From Campylobacterales bacterium (lineage in GTDB: Bacteria; Campylobacterota; Campylobacteria; Campylobacterales; QNZT01), in the NCBI GenBank assembly GCA_024278835.1, contig JAJRSK010000021.1, forward strand, positions 5,306-69,305: 64,000 nt of DNA, given 5' to 3'. Shown here one piece after another: positions 1-8,515 of the stretch. A model generated the notes under the pieces. It ran no database searches. It was not told the DNA's origin and was given only the letters and a program-made list of their open reading frames with translations. Every line of letters begins with the position of its first letter. Within the stretch, counting starts at the first letter, position 1. The position numbers and the translations under genes were made by a program.

Positions 1-335
1 AAGATATGCCGACGGGTAAGTATGATGTCACGCATGTCCAAGAATTATATGATATGTTATATGACAAAGGGATTGCATCTTCAAGAGCAGCATTAGAAGT
101 TGGCTGTATGGTTGAAGTGACAGATGTTGATGATTTAGATAAGTATATAGAGCAAGCAGAAGCTTCTAATGCTACGGATATCGTGGATGGGTTTAATATC
201 TTGAGAGATGGCAGTTACAATCATTACTGGGCATTTGATAAAGCTCTTAAAAATATGGGTGTCGCTGAAGGTTGTGGTGCTGCTGGTGCCGAGTATGCTA
301 AAACTACGGATGATTATCCAAATAATAATCACTAA
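1..335 (+). CDS. DUF2202-type ferritin-like domain protein, C-terminal fragment (5' end outside window)
   Basis: The ORF is open to the window edge. The pattern ELYDxL...ALxVGxxVEvxDvxDLxxxI...DIxxxFxxLRxGSxNHxxAF fits my memory of the DUF2202 ferritin-like repeat. Confidence 0.55.
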   Translation, partial: DMPTGKYDVTHVQELYDMLYDKGIASSRAALEVGCMVEVTDVDDLDKYIEQAEASNATDIVDGFNILRDGSYNHYWAFDKALKNMGVAEGCGAAGAEYAKTTDDYPNNNH

Positions 336-345
336 TCTTCCCCTA

Positions 346-396
346 GAGAGAATGAGAGTGGATACTCTTGTTCTCTCCTCTCTGATAATTTTTTGC
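346..396 (+). terminator. Stem-loop after the DUF2202 gene
   Basis: 346-359 pairs with 364-377 (14 bp including two G-U pairs, loop GGAT). A T6 run at 390-395 is not adjacent to the stem. Confidence 0.45.
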
Positions 397-474
397 TTAT
401 AACTTTAATAACAAATAAAGATTTCTTAGTGTATACTTCATAAGTAATAATAATTATTATTAAAGGAAATTAAA

Positions 475-1503
475 ATGTATAAGAGTAAAATTATCTCATT
501 AGCACTAGTCTTGGCATGTTCTTCAGCGATGGCTTCAACAGACTTAGTAAAAAAAGCAAAATCAAATGGACTTGTTGCAATCCCTGCGGACAAAGATGCG
601 TTGATGAAACTGATCGATGATCCAAAAGATCCTATCACAGATGCAAAAGTAGAACTTGGGAAAAAGCTATTTTTTGATCCTAGACTTTCTCGTAGTGGAC
701 TTATCTCTTGCAACACTTGTCATAACCTCGCAATGGGTGGAGATGATGGTGTTCCAGCAGCTATCGGGCATAAATGGACAGCAAATCCGCATCACTTAAA
801 TTCACCAACAGTTTATAACTCTGTCTTTTTTACAGCGCAGTTTTGGGATGGAAGAAGTCCTCACTTAGCGGATCAAGCCAAGGGACCTATGGAGGCAGCA
901 CCAGAGATGGCAGCACCAGCAAACTTAGTCAAGGAGAGAATCGTCTCTATTCCAGCATATGTAAAAGAGTTTAAGAGTGCTTATGGTGATGATGTAAATA
1001 TTAGTTTTGAAAAGATAGCAGATACTATCGCTACGTTTGAAAAAACATTGGTCACACCTTCACGATTTGACGACTTTTTAAATGGTGATAAGAAGGCGCT
1101 TAATGATGCAGAGAAAAAGGGACTTAATACTTTTATAGATAAAGGTTGTACAAGTTGTCATACTGGTATCGCACTTGGTGGTACGATGCAACCATTTGAA
1201 GTTACAGGTAAATATAAGTTTGCAAAAGTAGGTGATTTTAAGGGTGATAAAAATGGTATGGTGAAAACACCAACTTTAAGAAATATTACTGAAACAGCAC
1301 CATATTTTCACAATGGTGCTATCTGGACTTTAAGTGAAGCGATAAAAGAGATGGGAAGTATCCAACTAGGTATCAAAATCACTGATACTGAAGCAGCGGA
1401 AATTGAAACTTTCCTAAGAGCGCTAAAGGGAAGAAAACCAGCGATAAGCTACCCTCAACTTCCAGAAGAATCAACTACAACACCAAAACCTACATTTGAC
1501 TAA
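475..1503 (+). CDS. Di-haem cytochrome c peroxidase (CCP/MauG family)
   Basis: Signal peptide. Two CxxCH motifs (CNTCH, CTSCH) with the spacing and flanking blocks typical of bacterial CCP (FFDPRLS, FWDGR, PTLRN). Confidence 0.9.
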   Translation: MYKSKIISLALVLACSSAMASTDLVKKAKSNGLVAIPADKDALMKLIDDPKDPITDAKVELGKKLFFDPRLSRSGLISCNTCHNLAMGGDDGVPAAIGHKWTANPHHLNSPTVYNSVFFTAQFWDGRSPHLADQAKGPMEAAPEMAAPANLVKERIVSIPAYVKEFKSAYGDDVNISFEKIADTIATFEKTLVTPSRFDDFLNGDKKALNDAEKKGLNTFIDKGCTSCHTGIALGGTMQPFEVTGKYKFAKVGDFKGDKNGMVKTPTLRNITETAPYFHNGAIWTLSEAIKEMGSIQLGIKITDTEAAEIETFLRALKGRKPAISYPQLPEESTTTPKPTFD

Positions 1504-1599
1504 ATTGTAAAGGGCAGAAAGATTCTGCTCTTTACTCTCCTTTCTTTTTTGCCCATCTATAAAATTATGTTATAATGTTCCAAACGAAAAAGGTTTGAT

Positions 1600-2076
1600 A
1601 TGAGAGAGTTTATGAAGCTTATCATGATAGTGCTTTTGAGCATGGGTGCCCTCGTGGCGGATGAAGAAATAGTCAAAAAAGTCGTCTACAATCTCAAAAC
1701 AGGTGACATCAAACAACTAGAACGACAACTCATTGGTGGCATCGTCGCACATACAACGTATTATCAAAATAAGTTAGAAGAGTTAGAGGTTCGTGTGATT
1801 ATTCATGGGGATGCCTATAAGTTTTTTATGAAAGATTTAAACAATACAGCATACGCGTATCAGCCAAAACTCGTAGATAAAAAATCAGACTTAGAAAAAC
1901 GCTTGGGTACTTTGGCAAAACAGTATGGTGTAGAGTTTTTAGTCTGTGAATCGGGTGTGAAGAGTCGAAAATTGAATAAAAAAGCTTTTTATCCTTTTGT
2001 CTCTATGGTACATAATGCGGCTATCGGGCTTATCGATGCACAAAATGCTGGTTATGCCTATCTGTCGGTAGAATAG
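1600..2076 (+). CDS. DsrE/DsrF-like family protein (COG1416-like), secreted
   Basis: Signal peptide (alternative start at 1612). The C-terminal block VCESGVKSR...AIGLIDAQNAGYAYLSV resembles the DsrE-like COG1416 family. Confidence 0.55.
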   Translation: MREFMKLIMIVLLSMGALVADEEIVKKVVYNLKTGDIKQLERQLIGGIVAHTTYYQNKLEELEVRVIIHGDAYKFFMKDLNNTAYAYQPKLVDKKSDLEKRLGTLAKQYGVEFLVCESGVKSRKLNKKAFYPFVSMVHNAAIGLIDAQNAGYAYLSVE

Positions 2077-2077
2077 T

Positions 2078-2539
2078 ATGCAAAAATTATTACTGTTTTT
2101 ATGGCTGAGCACGCCACTTTTTGCTTATCAAAAAGGTGATGTATTAGATGAACGCGTGATTAAAAAGATGGGGATAGAAGAGGATAAGATTTATATTATT
2201 GACTTTTTTGCTTCATGGTGTAACTCTTGTAAAAAAGAGATACCACTCATCTCAAATGCCAATGAAAAGATAAATAAAACGAAAATTGAGATTATCGGGG
2301 TGGATGTGGATAAAGATAGTAAAAAAGCCAAAGCCTTTCAAGCCACACTTTTGGCAGAAAAAAGTCTCAATTTTCGGGTGATTGATGATGTTGACAATGC
2401 CATCGTAAAGATATTTAATCCAAAAGCAATGCCGGCTATTTTTTATATCAAGGATAGAAAAGTTCTTAAAGTGCTTTATGGGGCAGTAGATAAAATCGAT
2501 AAAATCATTTTAGAAGATGTAAAAATGCTGGGACTATGA
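2078..2539 (+). CDS. TlpA/redoxin-like periplasmic thiol:disulfide oxidoreductase
   Basis: Signal peptide plus the thioredoxin-fold motif FFASWCNSCKKEIP (WCxxC). Confidence 0.75.
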   Translation: MQKLLLFLWLSTPLFAYQKGDVLDERVIKKMGIEEDKIYIIDFFASWCNSCKKEIPLISNANEKINKTKIEIIGVDVDKDSKKAKAFQATLLAEKSLNFRVIDDVDNAIVKIFNPKAMPAIFYIKDRKVLKVLYGAVDKIDKIILEDVKMLGL

Positions 2540-3360
2540 AGCAGTATATTTATACATTTGCAGCGATGAGTACGGATTGTGAGCTTATCCTTTTTTCCAA
2601 GAGCAAGGAGAGGGCGGATAAGGCAGCAAAACTTGTACTAGAAGAAGCCAAAAGATTGGAAAAGAAGTATAACTACTTTGACGAAAATTCTTACCTCTCT
2701 CAGTTAAACCGTAGAGAAAATAACCTCTTGGATGTAGAGACAAAAAGTTTACTTGAGCGAGCAAAAAAGTACTATACAAAAACAGAGGGTATCTTTGATA
2801 TCACAGTAGCTACTTTCAAGCCACTCTACACCCAAAATCTTTCTGAGAAAGTATTAAAAGAGAAAAAAGAGGCACTACTTCCTTTTGTAGGATGTGAACA
2901 TTTTTCCCTTAAAAAGGGGAAGTTGTTCTTTGCCAATGAGGCTATCATGATAGATTTAGGTGGCTTTGTAAAAGAGTATAGTGTGGATAGGGCGGTGAAG
3001 ATTTTACAAAAAGAGAAGATAGCGTCTGCTTTGATAAACTTTGGGGGTGATATCTATGCACTTGGTAAAAAACCAAATGGTGAAAAGTTTCGTGTGGGTA
3101 TCAAAAACCCCCATAACCCTAGTGAACATGCCACAAGCGTAGAGCTCGAAGATGAGGCCTTAACTACTTCTGCATCGTATGAGCGAAATTATCAAGTTGG
3201 AGATAAAACATATTCGCATATTCTCTCCAAAGGAGAAGCTGACAATCAACCACTTTCTGTAACGGTAATATCAAAAAATTGTGTAGAAAGTGGAGTCTTT
3301 TCAACTGCACTGATGATAAATCCTTATTTAAAAACCTCGCATCAAATTATTATTTTATAA
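2536..3360 (+). CDS. apbE: FAD:protein FMN transferase ApbE
   Basis: ApbE family blocks (FDITV, IDLGGFVKEY, NFGGDIYALG, TTSASYER). 4-nt overlap with the upstream gene. Confidence 0.85.
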   Translation: MKQYIYTFAAMSTDCELILFSKSKERADKAAKLVLEEAKRLEKKYNYFDENSYLSQLNRRENNLLDVETKSLLERAKKYYTKTEGIFDITVATFKPLYTQNLSEKVLKEKKEALLPFVGCEHFSLKKGKLFFANEAIMIDLGGFVKEYSVDRAVKILQKEKIASALINFGGDIYALGKKPNGEKFRVGIKNPHNPSEHATSVELEDEALTTSASYERNYQVGDKTYSHILSKGEADNQPLSVTVISKNCVESGVFSTALMINPYLKTSHQIIIL

Positions 3361-3557
3361 GAAAACCAAATAATGCTATAATGACACCAAGGGAGAACCG
3401 TGGTGGAAAAAGATGATAAAAATAAGCAAGTGTGTGAGAAAAGGGAAATAGATTTATCAAAATTATCTAAGAGAACAAGTGGGCAGTTACCTCTGTGGCT
3501 AGGGTATAATATGGGGCACTGCATACGCCGTTGTCTCAAATATATAAAAGAGAAGAT

Positions 3558-4904
3558 TTAAATATTTTCTGGAATATTATAGTTGACTTTCTCTTCCCCC
3601 ATAATTGTATCAATTTCATGACTCTCTACAATCTCATTATCGATAAGTGCGAGGGCTAATTTTTTGATTTTTCCCCATTGGGTATCCACTAACTCTTTGG
3701 TTCTTTTTTCTGCTTCACCCATCCATACTAAAAATCTTTTTTCAATCTTTTGGCTTAAAAAATAGTTATCAAAAGATGAGATAGCATCAAGGTTGATAAA
3801 TCCCAATTTTTTATCCATGCCGAGATTTGTGATAGCAGTGTACGCTTGTAAAGAAGCTTGTGAGAGGTCATTATAAGCGCCACTATCTATGGCAGCGTCT
3901 CCAGCAATCTTTGTTTTTGCCATTTGTCCTGCAAGTAGAACGCAGATGTCGTTGAAAATCTCTTCTTTGGTGACATTGGACATCTGATCTTCCGCGTTAT
4001 AAGAGACAAATCCTAGCATCTTGCTGCGCGGGGCGATGGTGACTTGTTCTATCTTGATATCCGGAAGTAGAAGATAAGAGAGTACGGCGTGAGAAGCTTC
4101 GTGATAAGCCGTCATCTTTAACTCCTCTTCAAGGTTTTTTATCATTTTGTTTTCTATCTTGTGCCCATATTTGATGATGTTTATCTGCTCTATTAAAATC
4201 GACTCGGTGATGTGTTCTTTCTCTTCTTCGACGACATTGAGTGCTGCCATGCGTCCTAGTCTTTCAAGCTCTAGTGCACTCATTCCCGTGATGTAACGCA
4301 CGATGCGTTCTGTGTTGATGTTTTCATCATGAGGCATGGTCAAAATCTTTTCGATAAAAAATCTACGCGCTTCTTTATCTAACCTAGTTACTTCAAGTAA
4401 AAAGTCTAACTTTCCTGCTGCCGTCAGTACAGGGTCAACGGCATCAAACTCTTCTGCTGTAGCGATGGTGAAGACATGTTCATTCGCAGATTCTATGATT
4501 TTTGCTATATCTGAAAAAGAGACATAAGCGATGGTGCCTTGTACGAGTCCCTTAATATCGATATCTTCTAAAATGACGATACAAGGTGCATTTTTTACGG
4601 CGCTTTGATACACCTCTTTGATATAGGTTAAATCAAAAAGTTTTGAACCTGATATCTCTAGATATTTCATCCCTGCTTCTTTGGCAAAGGCACGAGAGAG
4701 CATGCTTTTGCCTACGTTGGCAGGCCCATAGATGAGTAAACCTTTTGGAGGTGGTGTGTTAAACCGCTCTAACTCTTTGGGGTTTTTAACCACTCTGATG
4801 ATGGATTCAAGACGCTTTATCGCTTTTTTATGTCCGACGATATCTTTGAATGTTATTTTCGGTGTATAGATATGCGGAGAGTCGTCTATTTTTTTCTTTG
4901 TCAT
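3558..4904 (-). CDS. Soluble FtsH-like protein: AAA+ module fused to an M41-type HEXXH peptidase domain, no transmembrane segments
   Basis: P-loop GPANVGKS. The FtsH-like order of blocks is kept. HEASHAV zinc motif and SGAYNDLSQAS block. The N-terminus starts directly at the AAA module. Confidence 0.7.
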   Translation of the reverse strand: MTKKKIDDSPHIYTPKITFKDIVGHKKAIKRLESIIRVVKNPKELERFNTPPPKGLLIYGPANVGKSMLSRAFAKEAGMKYLEISGSKLFDLTYIKEVYQSAVKNAPCIVILEDIDIKGLVQGTIAYVSFSDIAKIIESANEHVFTIATAEEFDAVDPVLTAAGKLDFLLEVTRLDKEARRFFIEKILTMPHDENINTERIVRYITGMSALELERLGRMAALNVVEEEKEHITESILIEQINIIKYGHKIENKMIKNLEEELKMTAYHEASHAVLSYLLLPDIKIEQVTIAPRSKMLGFVSYNAEDQMSNVTKEEIFNDICVLLAGQMAKTKIAGDAAIDSGAYNDLSQASLQAYTAITNLGMDKKLGFINLDAISSFDNYFLSQKIEKRFLVWMGEAEKRTKELVDTQWGKIKKLALALIDNEIVESHEIDTIMGEEKVNYNIPENI

Positions 4905-4965
4905 GATGTACCTTTGCTTAGTGATATTTTATCGTTAAAGTACTAAAATGTGATAAAGGAAAAAG

Positions 4966-6177
4966 ATGAATACCTTAAAGCGTGAAGTTTCACTCTCTAT
5001 GCTTATCTTTTATGGCTTGGGAAATATCTTGGGTGCGGGTATCTATGTGCTTATCGGTGAGATTGCTGGGGTGAGTGGATATTATATGCCGCTCTCTTTT
5101 ATCATTGCATGTGTGGTTGTCTTTTTCACCGCACTCTCTTATGCCGAACTCTCATCGCGTTATCCTGTGAGTGCGGGAGAAGCGGTTTATATCTATGAGG
5201 GGTTTGGAAGTGAAAAACTCTCTATCATGATAGGCTTGATGATAGCCTTTAGTGGGTTATTATCCTCGGCGACTATCATTCATGGCTTTTATGGGTATTT
5301 ACATACCTTTTTAGAGTTACCTTCTTTTATCATCTCCACTCTCTTGATATTCTCTCTTATGCTTATCGCTATATGGGGGATTGGTGAGTCGGTCAAAGTA
5401 GCTTCGATATTAACGATGGTAGAAGTATTTGGTCTTTTGTTGGTTATTTATGTCGCTGCTCCTTATATAAACTTTGATACTCAACATTTGCAAAAACTGA
5501 TTCCTCCTATAGACTTTGCAGTAACCAATAGCATTATTTTAGGTGCATTTTTAGCTTTTTATGCTTTTATAGGTTTCGAAGATATGGTAAATATCGCACA
5601 AGAGGTTAAAAATCCAACAAAAACGATGCCAAGAGCTATCATCATCGTGCTTATCACTTCAACACTACTTTATATCTGCGTTGCGTTAGTTTCTATCTTT
5701 GTACTTACGCCTGATGAACTCTCTTCTACCTCTGCACCACTTGCTATGGTTTATGAAAGTGCCACAGGTAATAAAGCGGTTATGCTTAGTTTTATAGGAA
5801 TGTTTGCAGTGATAAATGGTGCTTTGATACAGATGATTATGGTGTCGCGTATATTTTATGGGATGAGTGTTAAAGGGTGGTTGCCAAAGTTTTTGGGCGT
5901 GGTGCATAGTAAAACAGACACACCGATAAATGCTACGGTAATGGCGGCTATGATGATAGGGATATTGACCGCGGCATTGCCTCTTTTGACATTGGCACAG
6001 TCAACAAGTTTTTTAATCTTCATTGTTTTCATCTTCGTCAATATAGCTTTAGTAAAAATCAAATTAAAACATCCAAAACCAGAAGGTGTTAGAATATATC
6101 CTTTGTTGGTTCCCATCGTGGCGATTTGTCTAAATCTTGTGATGCTTGGGGTACAAGTAGCCTCGATGATAGATTAA
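4966..6177 (+). CDS. APC-superfamily amino acid permease
   Basis: Polytopic membrane protein with the N-terminal GxGNILGAGIYVLIGE motif typical of the APC family. Confidence 0.8.
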   Translation: MNTLKREVSLSMLIFYGLGNILGAGIYVLIGEIAGVSGYYMPLSFIIACVVVFFTALSYAELSSRYPVSAGEAVYIYEGFGSEKLSIMIGLMIAFSGLLSSATIIHGFYGYLHTFLELPSFIISTLLIFSLMLIAIWGIGESVKVASILTMVEVFGLLLVIYVAAPYINFDTQHLQKLIPPIDFAVTNSIILGAFLAFYAFIGFEDMVNIAQEVKNPTKTMPRAIIIVLITSTLLYICVALVSIFVLTPDELSSTSAPLAMVYESATGNKAVMLSFIGMFAVINGALIQMIMVSRIFYGMSVKGWLPKFLGVVHSKTDTPINATVMAAMMIGILTAALPLLTLAQSTSFLIFIVFIFVNIALVKIKLKHPKPEGVRIYPLLVPIVAICLNLVMLGVQVASMID

Positions 6178-7394
6178 AAATCATAACTAGTCTGTAGATA
6201 TACTCTATCTAGATTGCTCTTTTTCCCCTCTTGCGATTCTCTTGTTGCATGGATATATTCGCAGGCGAGCATCAAGTTTTTGATAGGGGTATATTGGATA
6301 TCAAGATGTAGTGAATTAGCAGATTTATCGATGTGTGAAAGGTCAAGGTTGTTGTTACTTTTTACTATCCCATAGGCAAGATTTGAGCGGAGCTTTCTAC
6401 TCCACCATTTTTGGTATGCGATATGTCCTCCATAAGAGAGTTGTGCTTCTAAACTTCCTTCAGTATCGATAGATGCACCAGGGAAAAAACTGGTGGCAAA
6501 GTATCTACCGATGCCTTTTCCTCCTAAAAGACTAAAGCGGATATCATCATTTCCCCATGTTTTTATCTTTTGTGAAAAGTGTATGCCGTATCCAAATGTG
6601 CTATCACTAATCTCCTCATCTATACGAAGTTCTCTGGCTAGTATAGAGAGTGAAAACTCTCCAAGCTTACTATATCGTTGATAATTTAAAATCAAATCTG
6701 GAACTCTATCATCGTTGATTGTGATAGTGTCACCTGTGCTTGTCATGATAACTGATTCTGGTTGTTCTAGGGAGATAGAAAGTGAAGCATGTTTAAGAGC
6801 GAATGTATAGCGGATGACAGGTTGTCTTACAAAAACATCATTGACTGGTGCCCTAAGTGTAGAGGGTTTTGCGTTGCCTGTAAAGGCACTATTTGTTTGA
6901 CCTACAGTCCAGCCCATATAATCAAAATAAGCATAGCGTAGTCGTAGTCCGTAAGAGTTGGAATTTTTTTCGTTGGCGTTGCTTCCCCAAAAGTCAACCT
7001 CTAAAAGTGTCAGCAATGGATGGATATCATCGACTGTTGTACGTGTCTTAACCCAGAATTTACTATTTCTTGCTGAGAGGGTTAACTCTGATGTTTCGCC
7101 TTTAGACTTGCGTGGGATATTGTTTGCGTTGAAAAAATTATCACTATTATTGCTCCCTCCTGCTTTGCCACTTGCTGTAGAGAGGTAGATAGTATCTAGT
7201 TGTATGCGACCACCGAGTATCATAGTTGTATCAGAAGAGCGGAGGTTGATAACACCTTTGTGGATATTTGACTTGTTTTCCAGTATAGCTAGGCGTTTGT
7301 TAAGTGCATCAATGGTTAAGGAAAGGTTTTGCTCTGCATGCAGAAAAGGTACATAAAGCGTAAGAAAAAATAAAAATTTACTTAAATTTTGCAT
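6174..7394 (-). CDS. Porin-like outer-membrane beta-barrel with N-terminal coiled coil (DcaP-like architecture)
   Basis: Signal peptide from the internal Met (MQNLSKFLFF...HA). A short heptad segment is followed by alternating beta-strand pattern. Terminal aromatic ...SYDF. Confidence 0.55.
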   Translation of the reverse strand: MQNLSKFLFFLTLYVPFLHAEQNLSLTIDALNKRLAILENKSNIHKGVINLRSSDTTMILGGRIQLDTIYLSTASGKAGGSNNSDNFFNANNIPRKSKGETSELTLSARNSKFWVKTRTTVDDIHPLLTLLEVDFWGSNANEKNSNSYGLRLRYAYFDYMGWTVGQTNSAFTGNAKPSTLRAPVNDVFVRQPVIRYTFALKHASLSISLEQPESVIMTSTGDTITINDDRVPDLILNYQRYSKLGEFSLSILARELRIDEEISDSTFGYGIHFSQKIKTWGNDDIRFSLLGGKGIGRYFATSFFPGASIDTEGSLEAQLSYGGHIAYQKWWSRKLRSNLAYGIVKSNNNLDLSHIDKSANSLHLDIQYTPIKNLMLACEYIHATRESQEGKKSNLDRVYLQTSYDF

Positions 7395-7848
7395 GGCATT
7401 GGTTGCAGATATCAATCATCTGTTTGAGTGTGGGATTTATCTTTTCTGTTTCGTATTGGGTTGTGATTTTTTTTAATTCTTTAGCACTATCTTCAAGGGC
7501 AGAGGCAAGTGTACGAAACTCTGCTGCATCAGCTTTGTTTAGATTTTTGATATCAGGCATAGTCTTTTGTAGATTTTTTGTTTCAAGAACAATGTCCTCT
7601 AAATACTCTTCCATTTCCTGCGTGTATTGTATACGTTTTTTGTCACGTTCTAACTCACTATAAAAACGTTCAAAAATAAGATTTTCAAACTCTATCATGA
7701 TAGTTGTCAATTCTTGACTTTTAAGTGCATGTTTGGAAGGAGTAATCAGCTGTGGAAGTGTAGTTGTCGTGCTGTCTTGTACTTTTGAATCACAGACTGT
7801 AAAGATGAGAAGAATAAGAAGTGTGAGAAAAAAAGTACGCACCATCAT
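7378..7848 (-). CDS. Class II (four-helix-bundle, c'-like) c-type cytochrome
   Basis: Signal peptide, helical sequence, and a single CNQCH haem motif a few residues from the C-terminus, as in cytochrome c'/c556. Confidence 0.6.
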   Translation of the reverse strand: MMVRTFFLTLLILLIFTVCDSKVQDSTTTTLPQLITPSKHALKSQELTTIMIEFENLIFERFYSELERDKKRIQYTQEMEEYLEDIVLETKNLQKTMPDIKNLNKADAAEFRTLASALEDSAKELKKITTQYETEKINPTLKQMIDICNQCHAKFK

Positions 7849-7900
7849 GCCTTCTGTTTATAGTATTGTATCGCAATAAGTTAATGTTATCGAAGTAATA

Positions 7901-8515
7901 CTATGAAATCAGCGGTACAAATACAAATCCAAGAAACTCTTCACTCTCTATCTTGCTCTGTGAAATTTTCGTAAATTTGAAAATTGAGTTTTGAACAGGT
8001 ATGACGAGTATGCCTCCAATTTTGAGTTGTAAAAAGAGTTCTTCCGGAATCTTCTGTGCACTAGCTGATACCAAAATCTTATCAAATACTTCACTAGGTA
8101 TACCCAGCTTGTCACCAGCCTTTTGGATTTTACAATGTTTTCCAAATTGAAACTTTGCAAGATTATTTTGTCCTATCTCAATGAGTTCATCAACTCTCTC
8201 AAGACCTATTACACTTCCCTTATCTCCTACTATATGACACAGGAGAGAAGTTGTCCATCCCGAACCTGAGCCGATATCAAGGATTTTTTCGCTTCTCTTT
8301 GGATCTAGAAGTTCTAGCATAAAGGCTACGGTTGTTGGTTGGGAGATAGTTTGATTTTTACCGATAGGCAGGGGTGCATCGATATACATGTTTTCTTCAT
8401 ATCCTTGTGGAATAAAATACTTTCTATCAATTGTCTGGAACGCTTCAATGATTTTAGGACTTTTTAATACGCCAGATAACATCATGCTGTCGATGAGATT
8501 TTGGTTTGTTTTCAT
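7901..8515 (-). CDS. pcm: Protein-L-isoaspartate O-methyltransferase
   Basis: QTISQP motif and the SAM-binding ILDIGSGSGW block. Confidence 0.85.
   Translation of the reverse strand: MKTNQNLIDSMMLSGVLKSPKIIEAFQTIDRKYFIPQGYEENMYIDAPLPIGKNQTISQPTTVAFMLELLDPKRSEKILDIGSGSGWTTSLLCHIVGDKGSVIGLERVDELIEIGQNNLAKFQFGKHCKIQKAGDKLGIPSEVFDKILVSASAQKIPEELFLQLKIGGILVIPVQNSIFKFTKISQSKIESEEFLGFVFVPLIS

Noticed and set aside
3342-3539. 65-aa minus-strand ORF in the apbE / FtsH-like gap
   Set aside because: No RBS or promoter. The composition looks random (Cys/His/Leu/Ser-rich). The opposite strand has a better-supported small ORF with promoter and RBS.
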